Shown one piece after another: positions 1 to 13,920 of a stretch of 64,000 nucleotides of DNA (within the stretch, counting starts at the first letter, position 1; each line of letters begins with the position of its first letter). The notes under the pieces were generated by a model, which made no database searches, had not been told where the DNA came from, and was given only the letters and a program-made list of their open reading frames with translations. This DNA comes from Rhizophagus irregularis (Eukaryota): assembly GCF_026210795.1 (NCBI RefSeq), contig NC_089432.1, positions 744,001 to 808,000 on the forward strand, given 5' to 3'. A program made the position numbers and the translations under genes.

Positions 1-2087
1 ATTCCAAATATAGGATGAGACTTCGTGAAAAGAATATTTTATTTTTAGATCAAATTATTTCAGGTGATAAATCTCGTTTATTGTTATGGAAAGAAATACT
101 TATTAAGGCTTATATTCCTGTTTTTTCACAACGGAAAGAAACTAAATGGTATTCAGATATTAGAAACTTAATTACTTCAGATGGTGTTCATTTGATTCTT
201 AATATAACACAATTATTTGGCGCTCGTGTTGACAATGTGGAAGAGGCTCGATCATATGATATTGCTAAAAAAAATAGATCTTTAATAGCCGTTTATAATT
301 CACAATTTAACTCCGTAGTTATTGGTAAAATTCAAGGAATAGATGATACACAACGACCTGTTATTAAACATTTTCATATTGATATGTCTAGATGTACCAA
401 TACACATACTTATATATATCAATGTATGGAATATGGATGTGCTGCTAATGCATCATTATCAATACGATCACCTTGTACGTTTTCTGCTGACTGGGAATGT
501 TTAGTACCATTATTAACAGATTCTCAATTTGCACCTAGTCAACTTACAAACTTAATAGAATTTAATATTTTTGACATTTTTGATTTTGCAAAAAAGAAGT
601 ATGATATTATACATCAAGCGTTAACGCAAAATCACGTGATTTCATCACAAGTGCAAGATAATATAATTTTGGATTTATTAGATTCTTCAACTTCAAGAAA
701 TGACTTGTTAACTATACAACGCACATTAGCTCCTTTTGACAACAACAATTATTATATTTTTGAGTTTTACACCGATGGATCATTAATAGAATTAGGTACT
801 GAACAATGTAGTATTAGTTGCGCTTTCGCTCAGATTAGTGATTTATTTGATATACCTCATGTAGAATTTTATTCTACTATTGATAAATGGCCTTCTGCAT
901 ATAGAGGAGAATTATTAGCAGTCCTTTTAGCATTAAGCGTTGTTCCAAAAAATAGCAAAGTTAGAATTAATACAGATTCGCTTAACGTAATTACACAATT
1001 TGAAAAATTAAAGAACTCAAGATTTTCTCAAACTTCACGAGAATACTTTAAGACTAATAATAATTTCTTATGAGCTATTTTATGTAGAATTATATTAACA
1101 TTGAACTTGCATGTGGAAATGTTTAAAGTTGTTGCTCATGGTGATGATATGGGTAATAATTATGTAGATAATTTGGCAAAAATTGCACATACTGATCAGG
1201 ATCGCTATATAGTTTTTCAACGGGATGCTTGTATGATGAAAGTTCTTCCTTGTTGGAATGGGATTATTATTGAAAATAAGCTGCGTTCATTTTTGAAAAA
1301 TATATGCAACTACAAAGGATTGGAAAAATTTATTAATTTAAACAGAAATTCTAAATATCGCACGTTAGAAGTTGACTGGACATCCACATTTAGTTGTTTA
1401 AATTGTGATATAAATAACAATGAAACTTCTGTTTCTTCTTCTAAAACGAAAGCTCAAAAAGTTCACTTGTTAATTGAAGAAATTCCTACAATTGAACAGA
1501 TGAAGAAATCATTGCTTGACTTATATGATGGTTGGATGTGCCCTATATGTGGACTACAAGACGAAACTTTTAATCATGTCTGGACGTGTAGTGGTCATTA
1601 TGATATTATTCACAACATTAGAGATAAGACTATTATTCATCTCTTGACCTGGATTTTGGAATATAATGATAATATACACGATTTTAATGCTCTTATGGCG
1701 CTTGATATATGGGATATATCTTATGATCCTAACGTATTTACTTTCATCGATCTTATTAAAGGACTTATACCTATGTCACTTTCAGATTTGTTGAGTTCTT
1801 GGACTACAAAGAATAACGTTGCTGATGTTTTAATTCAAATGAGGCAGTTTATTTTTAATGAGATATTTGAAGAGGTTTGGATTCCAAGGTGTTCGCATTT
1901 GAAGGAATTTGAACGTTCTTTAGGGTTGACTAAAAAGAAAAAATTAGAGTTTAAAAGCGTTCGTTTATTACCTAATAATAATAATAGTAATAATAATATT
2001 ATTCATTATGATTCTTTAGATAGTGTTAGAAATTACATTTATTTTGGCAAAAATATAATAGAATTTTATACTAATCTTACTTCGTAG
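1..2087 (+). pseudogene. Retrotransposon ORF (RNase H + Zn finger) broken by one in-frame stop
   Basis: ORFs 15..1073 and 1101..2087 share a frame. TGA at 1071-1073 sits where the Trp of the RNase H N-x-x-L-W motif is expected (NNFL*AIL), so probably TGG>TGA. Confidence 0.8.
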
Positions 2088-2394
2088 CGCCATCGTAGAT
2101 TTTAGTAGTTGATTTATATAATTTTATAGGGTCAATTTTACTTTCTTCTGCAGGGCGGGCTTCAACTTACCAAGTTTTGGCTAGTGTATGGGAGGTAGTG
2201 GGTTAATTAAAGAAATGGTTTTTAGGTGTAGTTGGTTATATCTTTAATAGTTTCGTGTTTAATTGCCCCACCATCGAAGTAGATTCTTCTGATAGTTTAG
2301 TTCATTTTTTTATTTTACTTTTCATTTTTGATATGTTTATAAAATTTGTATCCGCTAACTATTACTGTTAAATAAAAATAAAAATAAAAATAAA
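1..2394 (+). mobile_element. 3' part of a non-LTR retrotransposon (LINE-like) with RNase H and C-terminal CCHC zinc finger, 3' UTR and (TAAAAA)n tail
   Basis: RNase H motifs FYTDGS, AYRGELLAVL, INTDS, KVVAH..GNNYVDNLAK; C-terminal CPICG...ETFNHVWTC; simple-repeat tail at ~2369-2394. The element continues off the left edge. Confidence 0.85.
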
Positions 2395-2407
2395 TTAATA
2401 ATACTGG

Positions 2408-3460
2408 AACTCTCTCTCCTTTCTCTCACTTTTCTTAATGGAAATAATATTTCACTCATTTTAAAATACTCGTATTTAAAGAAGTTGCCCTAAATACCTG
2501 GTTAAAACACCAACTTGGTTTCCGCTACTTGTCTCTATTGGGTCCAGCGGCACTTGTTCATATGTTTTGAACGACTTTGGTTATAAGGTTGAAGATTCCA
2601 AGCTGGAAGGAAGAAATTTCCATTTCGCTCAGTGATGAAAGTTCGCTTTCTTAATAATAAGGGGTTGTTCCTGGTGATAGTTTGGTGAAATTTCCCTCTT
2701 TACCTAGGTTTTTACTCCTTTGGGTTGGTTTTCCTAGTGTTATGAATTTTTCTTATTTTTTTGGTGAATTTTTCTCGTCTTTCTTTTTTGCCTTCTGCTT
2801 TTTGGAGTTTTTCTGGGGGGTAGAGGGGTATCCCAAAATTGATCGACATCAGGTGGTTTGTAGATCTTTTCTTTTGAGAGAGTTGGGTGTAATTTAAGGG
2901 GGGTGCAGATCTTGGTGATCAGTTTTTGGTCAGGTGAGGTCAAGGTGGCACATGTTTGGACTATCATGAGTTTTTACTGCAGTTTAGTTTAGATTGGAGG
3001 GATCGTTCGAAATGAGGTGGGTGTCCTTTCGGGGATTGCATGACACTAAAAAGTTCCCCTTTAGTTTACTCTTAGGTAGTTTGTTAACTCTGGTAATATA
3101 GTCACTTGGAGAATTTATTTTTATCGACCAGTGTGGGGGGATTTTTCCAACCAGGGGCTGGCGGTTCAGTTTGATAATCTGCGGGGTACGGGCTTCAACT
3201 TACCAAAACTTAGGTTTACCTAGGCGAGAGTATGGGAGGCAGTGGCGTTATCTGGGTTTTTGTGTCGTGGGGTCTAATTTTAGTATCTCACATTATACCT
3301 TCTTCCTGTTAATTGCCCACCGGTTTGAGTAGATTATTTTCGCGTGTAGTTTAGTTAGTATTTTTGTCAATTTTGACTTATATGTAATTTTCTACTTATA
3401 ATCACGTCCATGTTAGGTTTCTAACTGGAACCCATTAATAAAAATAAAAATAAAAATAAA
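2408..3460 (+). mobile_element. Non-autonomous (SINE-like) retroelement, ~1.05 kb, sharing the LINE's 3' motif and tail
   Basis: GC-richer non-coding block ending in (TAAAAA)n, flanked by direct repeat TTAATAATACTGG (2395-2407, 3461-3473); 3' region homologous to the LINE 3' UTR. Confidence 0.75.
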
Positions 3461-5223
3461 TTAATAATACTGGTTATCATCATTACTTAAAAAATCTTAA
3501 ATGGAATAGTAATCAAAGAAACTTGTATTAAGAATACAAATGAAAGGACCAATCTACCAAAAAATTTAATTCATTTTATAATAAAAAATAATAAAATTTT
3601 TTATAATAAGGCAAGAAATTTACAATTATTTTCCTAATGTTATACGGTAGTTGAATTATCATCATTATTATCATTATCATTATTTTATATAATTTTAATA
3701 ATTTAAGATACAATAAAATCTGAAAGATGTGATTGGATTATTTAATGATAAATATAAATATATTTATATTCATAGAATTTCATATAATGTCATTACAAAT
3801 GCTTAATATAAAAGTGATAGAAATACTTGAAAAGATAGAATCGTGTAACTTTTACAAATATAAACTAAAAATATCTATTATTCTCTTGAAAATTCAATGA
3901 ATATAGAAAAGTAAGTGAAAACAATATACTATATATTTTTTATATAAAGTTATTCTATTATAACAATGTATCTTTATTTTTATACAATATCGATAAAACC
4001 ATATTCCTTATAACATGATACCTTAGCACTGATAAGAAAAATCAATCTGCTCATATTACATGGAAATTTGATTACAGACCTGGCTACTCTCCTGCTTTTA
4101 CATAAATTAAATAAATAATAAATATTACAGACCCGGAAATTTTCATATTAATTCTTTAAAACTTAAATTGAAATTTCATTATTCTTCTAATAGATCAAAA
4201 ATTCAATGGTTAATTAAATTATTACCTACAAGAAAAATTGTTAAAGATGAATATGGATTCATCTTAAAAGTAAAGATGATTGGCGGAAAAAACAAGATGT
4301 AAATAAAAATAAAAAATCATTATTACATTTAAATGATGATGGATATTGAAGTAAAATTAACTATAATATGTGATGAATTTAAAAAAAATTTACTATAAAT
4401 GAAAAAAATTGATTAAATGATAAAAATACGAGATTTCATTATTAGATTAGAATTAACAACAAATAATTATAAAATATTTTAGAAAAAAATTTTTTACCTG
4501 ATTATAAAATTCTTATGTCAAAATCAGATTATTTAAAGTGTTACTTATTAATGATTGGATTGATTTATTATATGTTTCCTCTAGATTTCTAATACCTAAA
4601 TTGGTTGAAATTTCTGTGAATATTGATGATGTAGAAGAAATTAAATTAATCGCAAGGGAATGTAATGTCATTTAATTAGTTAGATATTGTGAAATGTATG
4701 AAATTAAAAAATAGAACAAATAAAACAGTTGTATAGAAAAGGACTATAGAAATATGAATAAATTGATATATCAAAATCTAACGCATTATAAAGTTATAAT
4801 TAAAATATGAATGATCATTATTTTGCACTAGTCACAAAATTTTTATTTAAGTCTACAAATTTATTAGTGAACAGTCAAAAATGTGTACAAAAAACTTTCT
4901 TGTAACCAAATCTTGCGTCTAACCAATTTTTCCAGTATTATCATTTTTAGGGAAATAGCTTAATCATGTTTCTGTAAGTCAATTTTAATTCACAAGAGCA
5001 CTGCAAAATTTCGTAAATTCATAATATTACTTAACGGTATGAACTGAAAAAAAAATAAACAAATAAAAAAAAAATTTTATTTTTTAATATTGAAAAAAAT
5101 GAAAAGAAATACTGTAGATTTGAACTTTCTATTTAATTATTTCTGAAAAAAAACATTTTAATGGATCCGAAGAAATTTTGTATTGTTACACTATACCTCA
5201 TGTCTCTTACGTCATAATAGCAC

Positions 5224-6395
5224 GTCCGAAATGTGTGACAGGTTACGCCGAAATCGGTGACAAATAACTGGTGACAAATAAGTTTGGGACCACTAAAAAA
5301 AAAACTAAGTCCCTCAGATAAATAGTGTTTTTGAACCACGGGCTTGCACGTGATTATGTGACGCTAAAAAAACTTACCTAGCGTCACCTAGAAAAAATGG
5401 TAGACGGATAGGTTTGCTGGCTACACGTGATTCGGAAACTGATTTCCGGTTACATTAATTGATTATAAATCAATTTTTACCTTTTTACCTTTTCATCAAT
5501 ATCTTTCTGTAATAATACTTACTTCGGAAGGTGATGGCTATTCATGGGTTTATCGCAATAAAAATCAAAGAAAAGACTCTCTTCATATATTATATTATTG
5601 CAATTGTCGAATTGAACTTGGAAAACGGCAAGTAAAGCATCCTATATTAGATAAACAAAGAGACACATCTACCTATTTATAACGGTACCATTGTGAAGGA
5701 ACAATAAATATAGAAATCTTATCAAAACTGGACTTAATCAAAGTTTAAAAATATTCTCATAAAATGTTACATCCACGACCAAGGCATGTTAATACTATGT
5801 ATAAATTTCATATACAGATGCATTTTTAATCTTTACTAATGTCAAAATAATTTTTTTAGGCTAAAGAATTGTTAAAAGAATCATATAACAAACCAAAACG
5901 ACATCTATGGTTAAAAAATGTTTGCAAAATTTCAGATTGTTGGAAAAGGTGAATAATTAAAAAACGTGGCAAAATCGTTAATAAAACGACAATTTTATGG
6001 CAAAAATACCCTTGTCTACGCCTCCTTTACTTCGCATTTCATTGGTAATATTGGTAATAATATGAAACAATGTAATCATGAAATAATTTGAAATACGTGT
6101 TACTATAGAAAAAGTTTCTTATTATAAACACTTGAGGAAGAGGAGAGAAATTTCTGATCAAACAAAATAACAAACAACAAATTAAATAGATATTAAAGCA
6201 CTAGAAAACTGTTGAACAATGCCAAAAACATCGAAAAACTTTAACAAAATTACAATAAATAAAATAAATAATATCATAGCAATAAATAAAATTTCAGCCA
6301 TTTTCTTAAAATACTTAACACGTGTAACTCGGAAAACCTATCCGGAAAAACTCTAAAGCTAATATATTCGGCGTTACCTGTCACACATTCCGGAC
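5224..6395. mobile_element. Non-autonomous DNA transposon with ~29-bp terminal inverted repeats
   Basis: GTCCGAAATGTGTGACAGGTTACGCCGAA (5224-5252) is the near-perfect reverse complement of TTCGGCGTTACCTGTCACACATTCCGGAC (6367-6395). Possible GCA TSD (5220-5222/6398-6400) if a 1-nt terminal indel is allowed. No intact ORF. Confidence 0.65.
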
Positions 6396-6769
6396 CGGCA
6401 ACAAAATATCAAGTTGTTTGGCACGTGTTTCTCCAAAAATTTGATATGTTATAGTATGTTTTTTTATTAAATAGAATTAATAATAATAATTTACATGTTA
6501 AAAAAAATAATCATTATGAGATTATGAGATCAGATACTGTAATATCATTGACTTATATGAGTAATAATACAAACTAACATATTTTATTAATACGCAGTAT
6601 ATTATAATCATTAATATAAATTAATTAAATAAGTTTTATAACTTAATAAAGAAATGCATTACAAATTTTTTTTTAAAAAAAAACTAAATAAGTTCTATAA
6701 CTGGTATTTATAAGTATATAAATTTGTTATACCTACCTCTGCAAATTTTTCCATATAACTTATGATTGT

Positions 6770-9700
6770 TCAAATCTTGTTCCAGTCAACTAAATATAAT
6801 AAAGTATAAAATATCTTTAATTCAATATCATATTTTAGTAAGTAAAGAATTATAAACTTACCAATCAAATTTGAAGAGAATTTATGATATTCCGAAGGTT
6901 CGGTACTAGTATGCGATTCAGAAATTAAATTACCATCCATTCTTTCAAATTCATCCAATATTTCATTAATAGTTGGTCTTAATCTAGGTTCTTGACTCCA
7001 ACATTTTGTATAAAGTTTCTCATATTTTTCAGGAGTATTGGGAACTAACTTTTCACGAGTATTATTATTAACAATAGAAGCAGCAAGTGCCATTTTATCA
7101 TCAATATGTTTAAATGGAGGATGACCACTAGAAATTTCCCACATTAATACACCAAAGCTATAGATGTCTGAAGATTTAGTATATGGGGATTCTGGATTTT
7201 TAAGATGTTCTGGTCCCATATAAGAAATAATACCAAAATTACCAATATAAGCTGAAGTTTGATTATTTTGATTTTTTGAAATACCAAAATCTGTGATTTT
7301 AGCATTATTTTCATGAATAACTATATTCTTAGAATGCTAAAAAAAAAAATAAATTACATAAATAAATTATTGCTGCTAGTACTAATATGATATTAAATAA
7401 TAAATACTAATACTTACAAGATCTCTATGTAAAATATTTACATGATGCAAATAATTTAATCCATCTGCAATTTGAAATGCTAATTTTTTCTTATCATTCC
7501 ATGTCAAATTATTAAAATTATTTTTGAGATAATTTTGAAGATCCCCATCATTAGCATACTGCATAATAAGAAGATATTCATTTGTTTTTGGATCTAAAAA
7601 TAATTTATAAGAAATTAAAAAAATAACAAAAAATGTAATGTAAAAAAAAAAAAGTTTCAAATTACCTAAACTAATACCAAAGCAACGTATAATTCTTTCA
7701 CTATAATCAAGTTGCATATGCATTTTTAGTTCATGAGTAAATGCATCTAACAAATCATTCTTAATATAAGTTGTGTTAGTTAATTTTTTACAAACAACAT
7801 AATTATTAGTTTTAGTCCAAATTGCTTTAGATATTATTCCAAACCTTCCTGCATCAAGTGGTTCCACATTTTTTAATTCTTTATAAGATATAAGTTTAAC
7901 TTTTTCATATTTTAAAGCATTTTCAATCCATTTATTTGCGCCTAAACTTCCTTTTTCTACTCTTTTAAACGGGCTTTTTAAAACTTCTTTCACCCCTTTA
8001 CCAATCTTATAAAAGAATCCAGGTCTATATTGTGCATTGCTAAATCTTTGTTGAACCGCTTTTTGATACCAATAAGAGGCTTTAACTTCATCTTTTTTAA
8101 CACCAATTCCTTCTTTATAACAAACCCATAAATTAAATTGTGCTTCTTTATCTCCATTTTCTGCTGCTTTTTTATACCAATAGAAAGCTTTTTCTAAATT
8201 CTTTTCTATTCCTATTCCATTTGTATAACATATAGCTAAATTAAACATTGCATAAGTATTACCATTTTCTGCTGCTTTTTGATACCAATGAAATGCTTTT
8301 TCTAAATTCTTTTCTGTTCCTTCTCCATTATAATAACATATGGCTAAACTATTCATAGCAACTTCATTACTATTTTCTGCTGCTTTTTGATACCAATAGA
8401 AGGCTTTTTCTAAATTCTTTTCTGTTCCTTCTCCATAGTAATAATATATGGCTAAACTATTCATTGCAGCTTCATTACCATTTTCTGCTGCTTTTTGATA
8501 CCAATAGAAGGCTTTTTTTAAATTCTTTTCTGTTCCTTCTCCATTGTAATAACATATAGCTAAATTATTCATTTCATTTTTATTGCCATTTACTGCTGTT
8601 TTTTGATACCAATAGAAGGCTTTATCTAAATTCTTTTCTGTTCCTTTTCCATTTTTATAGAATATAGCTAAACTATTCATTGCATAAGTATTACCATTTT
8701 CTGCTGCTTTTTGATACCAATAGAAAGCTTTTTCTAAATTCTTTTCTGTTCCTTCTCCATTTTCATGACATATGGCTAAACTATTCATTGCTTTTTTATC
8801 TCCATTTTCTGCTGCTTTTTGATACCAATAGAAAGCTTTTTCTAAATTCTTTTCTATTCCTTCTCCATTTTTATAACATATGGCTAAACTATTCATTGCT
8901 TTTTTATCTCCATTTTCTGCTGCTTTTAGATACCAATAGAAAGCTTTTTCTAAATTCTTTTCTATTCCTTCTCCATTTTTATAACATATGGCTAAATTAT
9001 TCATTGCAGTTTCATTGTCATCTTCTGCTGCTTTTTGAAACCAATGAAATGCTTTTTCTAAATTCTTTTCTGTTCCTTCTCCATTTTCATGACATATGGC
9101 TAAATTATTCATTGCCTTTTTATTGCCGTTTTCTGCTGATTTTTGAAACCAATAGAAGGCTTTTTCTAGATTCTTTTCTGTTCCTTCTCCATTTTCATGA
9201 CATATAGCTAAATTATTCATTGCATTTTTATCTCCATTTTCTGCTGCTTTTTGATACCAATGAAATGCTTTTTCTAAATTCTTTTCTGTTCCTTCTCCAT
9301 TTTTAAAACATATCATGGCTAAATTAGTCATTGCATTTTTATTGCCATTTTCTGCTGCTTTTTGAAACCAATAGAAGGCTTTTTCTAAATTCTTTTCTGT
9401 TCCTTCTCCATTGTAATAACATATGGCTAAACTATTCATTGCAACTTCATTACTATTTTCTGCTGCTTTTTGATACCAATAGAAGGCTTTTTCTAAATTC
9501 TTTTCTGTCCCTTCTCCATTATAATAATATATGGCTAAACTATTCATTGCAGCTTCATTACCATTTTCTGCTGCTTTTTGATACCAATAGAAGGCTTTTT
9601 CTAAATTCTTTTCTGTCCCTTCTCCATTTTCATGACATATGGCTAAACTATTCATTGCTTTTTTATCTCCATATTCTGCTGCTTTTTGATACCAATAGAA

Positions 9701-12700
9701 GGCTTTTTCTAAATTTTTTTCTGTTCCTTCTCCATTTTTATAACATATGGCTAAATTATTCATTGCAACTTCATTACTATTTTCTGCTCCTTTTTGAAAC
9801 CAATGAAATGCTTTTTCTAAATTCTTTTCTGTTCCTTCTCCATTTTCATGACATATGGCTAAATTATTCATTGCTTTTTTATTGCCATTTTCTGCTGATT
9901 TTTGAAACCAATAGAAGGCTTTTTCTAGATTCTTTTCTGTTCCTTCTCCATTTTCATGACATATGGCTAAATTATTCATTGCATTTTTATCTCCATTTTC
10001 TGCTGCTTTTTGATACCAATGGAATGCTTTTTCTAAATTCTTTTCTGTTCCCATTCCATTTTTATAACATATCATGGCTAAACTAGTCATTGCATTTTTA
10101 TTGCCATTTTCTGCTGCTTTTTGAAACCAATAGAAGGCTTTTTCTAAATTCTTTTCTGCTCCTTCTCCATTGTAATAACATATGGCTAAACTATTCATTG
10201 CAACTTCATTACTATTTTCTGCTGCTTTTTGATACCAATAGAAGGCTTTTTCTAAATTCTTTTCTGTCCCTTCTCCATAGTAATAATATATGGCTAAACT
10301 ATTCATTGCAGCTTCATTACCAATTTCTGCTGCTTTTTGATACCAATAGAAGGCTTTTTTTAAATTCTTTTCTGTTCCTTCTCCATTGTAATAACATATA
10401 GCTAAATTATTCATTTCATTTTTATTGCCATTTACTGCTGTTTTTTGGTACCAATAGAAGGCTTTTTCTAAATTCTTTTCTGTTCCTTTTCCATTTTTAT
10501 AACATATAGCTAAACTATTCATTGCATAAGTATTACCATTTTCTGCTGCTTTTTGATACCAATAGAAGGCTTTTTCTAAATTCTTTTCTGTCCCTTCTCC
10601 ATTTTCATGACATATGGCTAAACTAGTCATTGCTTTTTTATCCCCATTTTCTGCTGCTTTTTGATACCAATAGTAGGCTTTTTCTAAATTTTTTTCTGTT
10701 CCTTCTCCATTTTTATAACATATGGCTAAACTATTCATTGCAGTTTCATTGTCATTTTCTGCTGCTTTTTGAAACCAATGAAATGCTTTTTCTAAATTCT
10801 TTTCTGTTCCTTCTCCATTGTAATAATATATGGCTAAACTATTCATTGCAACTTCATTACTATTTTCTGCTGCTTTTTGGTACCAATAGAAGGCTTTTTC
10901 TAAATTCTTTTCCGTTCCTTCTCCATTTTCATGACATATGGCTAAATTATTCATTGCTTTTTTATTGCCATTTTCTGCTGATTTTTGAAACCAATAGAAG
11001 GCTTTTTCTAAATTCTTTTCTGTTCCTTCTCCATTTTCATGACATATGCCTAAATTATTCATTGCATTTTTATCTCCATTTTCTGCTGCTTTTTGATACC
11101 AATAAAATGCTTTTTCTAAATTCTTTTCTGTTCCTTCTCCATTTTTATAACATATCATGGCTAAACTAGTCATTGCATTTTTATTGCCATTTTCTGCTGC
11201 TTTTTGAAACCAATAGAAGGCTTTTTCTAAATTCTTTTCTGCTCCTTCTCCATTTTTATAACATATGGCTAAATTAAACATTGCATAAGTATTACCATTC
11301 TCTGCTGCTTTTTGATACCAATGAAATGCTTTTTCTAAATTCTTTTCTGTTCCTTCTCCATTGTAATAATATATGGCTAAACTATTCATTGCAACTCCAT
11401 TACTATTTTCTGCTGCTTTTTGACACCAATGAAATGCTTTTTCTAAATTCTTTTCTGTTCCTTCTCCATTTTTATAACATATGGCTAAACTATTCATTGC
11501 AACTTCATTACTATTTTCTGCTGCTTTTTTTTGATACCAATAAAAGGCTTTTTCTAAATTCTTTTCTGTTCCTTCTCCATTGTAATAACAAATGGCTAAA
11601 TTATTCATTGCATCTTTATTGTCATTTTCTGCTGCTTTTTGATACCAATAGAAGGCTTTTTCTAAATTCTTTTCTATTCCTTCTCCATTGTAATAACATA
11701 TGGCTAAATTATTCATTGCAATTTCATTACCATTTTCTGCTGATTTTTGATACCAATGAAATGCTTTTTCTAAATTCTTTTCTGTTCCTTCTCCATTTTT
11801 ATAACATACGGCTAAACCAGTCATTGCATCAATCTGATCCTTTTCTGCTGACTTTTGATACCAATAGAAGGCTTTTTCTGAATTCTTTTCTGTTCCTTCT
11901 CCATTTTTATTACAAATGGCTAAATTATTCATTGCATCTTTATTGTTATTTTCTGCTGCTTTTTGATACCAATAAAAGGCTTTTTCTAAATTCTTTTCTG
12001 TTCCTTTTCCATTTTCATAACATATGGCTAAATTATTCATTGCAATTTCATTACCATTTTCTGCTGATTTTTGATACCAATGAAATGCTTTTTCTAAATT
12101 CTTTTCTGTTCCTTCTCCATTGTAATAACATATGGCTAAACCAGTCATTGCATCAATCTGATTTTTTTCTGCTGCTTTTTGATACCAATAGAAGGCTTTT
12201 TCTAAGTTCATTTCTGTTCCTTCTCCATTGTAATAACATATGGCTAAATTATTCATTGCATTTTTATTGTCATTTTCTGCTGCTTTTTGATACCAATAGA
12301 AGGCTTTTTCTAAATTCTTTTCTGTTCCTTCTCCATTGTAATAACATATAGCTAAATTATATATTCCATTTTTATTGCCATTTTCTGCTGCTTTTTTATA
12401 CCAATAAAAGGCTTTTTCTAAATTCTTTTCTGTTCCTTCTACATTTTTATAACATCTGGCTAAACTATTCATTGCATTAATATGACCATTTTCTGCTGCT
12501 TTTTGATACCAATAAAAGGCTTTTTCTAAATTCTTTTCTCCATTTTCATAACATATGGCTAAATTATTCATTGCAATTACATTACCATTTTCTGCTGATT
12601 TTTGATACCAATAAAAGGCTTTTTCTAAATTCTTTTCTGTTCCTTCTCCATTGTAATAACATATGGCTAAATTATTCATTGCTTTTTTATTGCCATTTTC

Positions 12701-12997
12701 TGCTGCTTTTTGATACCAATGAAATGCTTTTTCTAAGTTTTTTTCTGTTCCTTCTCCATTGTAATAACATATGGCTAAGCTATTCATTGCAACTTCATTG
12801 CCATTTTCTGCTGCTTTTTGATACCAATGAAATGCTTTTTCTAAATTCTTTTCTGTTCCTTCTCCATTGTAATAACATATGGCTAAATTATACATTGCAA
12901 CTTCTTCACCATTTTCTGCTGCTTTTTTATTTTGATGAAATAATTCAGTTTCATTTTTTACACTATTAATTACATTTTTGAATTTTTCTTCAGACAT
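6770..12997 (-). CDS. Giant Sel1-repeat (~45 x 36 aa) protein with C-terminal TKL-type kinase; 4 exons (12997-7666, 7593-7418, 7336-6862, 6789-6770)
   Basis: 1871-aa ORF of AMNxLAICYxNGEGTEKNLEKAFYWYQKAAENG repeats. GT-AG introns restore kinase motifs GRFG, HRDL|HSKNI, ITDFG, YMGPE, SDIYSFG. Confidence 0.9.
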
Positions 12998-13920
12998 TTT
13001 TAGTTAAAATTTTTTTTTTTTTTTTTGCTTACAAAAAATTACGGTGAAAATCTGGCATCTCTAATTATAAACAAAAAAAAAACTAAGAAAGACGAAATAC
13101 TGAAAGTTGAAAACATTTATGTTTGTTGGCGTTATTAATTACACTAGATCAACAGTTTGTGTAATTTAGTTCTTATTATGTTTTCTAAAATGGATGTCGC
13201 ACAAAAAAACGAACAGACAAATGATCAGCGATCACATGATATTAGACCAATCAAATGGTTTATTGTGCACAATAAATTACCTGCCGATCAAGAACTCACG
13301 TGACATTACTTCTGGAAGGACGAAGAGATTTAAAAAGCATAGGATACGTGAAACAATTAAAAGTCAAATATTGCTATAGATATAAAAAAAATTCGGTTTA
13401 CTAAAGCCTACGAACAAGTATTTACGCGAGAAGGCTCCGACAATGTCGTTAGTAAAAATGGTCAGAATATTTTTTAGAATATTTGACTCTAGTTAGTAAT
13501 TAATATTTTTCCTGATACACGATTTTTTGCCTGATACACAATTTATTATAACCATTTTTTAATTATAAAATCACATGATACCGGATAAAATGATGATATT
13601 TGTACGAAAATATTTAATCGGCAAATCAGGCTTAATAATTTCATAACATTTTCTTTAAAGATATATTTTAATTCTATTTTCATTAAGATTATTTGTATAA
13701 ATTTATATTCTAATGTAAAAAAAAATTTCAAGTTCAGTGATTCTTTTAAAACTATTAAAACAATTAATAAAACTCTGCGTATAAAACCAAATTTATTCTA
13801 ACATTAAAAGAAGTTATATTATTTTAATGATGCATTAAAAATTCGTTATTTGCAGAATTTTAATTTGTATATTCAATAAGCAAAATTCTATATCAGTTTC
13901 CAAATGAAATTAGTTAGTAA

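Noticed and set aside
1071..1073. TGA as programmed readthrough or alternative genetic code
   Set aside because: Trp is TGG throughout the window and TGA ends other frames; a TGG>TGA mutation is simpler.
2147..2290. Hammerhead or HDV ribozyme call for the 3' motif
   Set aside because: No CUGANGA/GAAA core, and I could not fit the HDV nested double pseudoknot.
3900..4800. Coding-like remnants (also ~38200-38720 and ~50750-51000)
   Set aside because: Too decayed to assign a frame or family by eye.
8680..12969. Long plus-strand L/F/H-rich ORFs
   Set aside because: Antisense shadows of the Sel1 repeat array.
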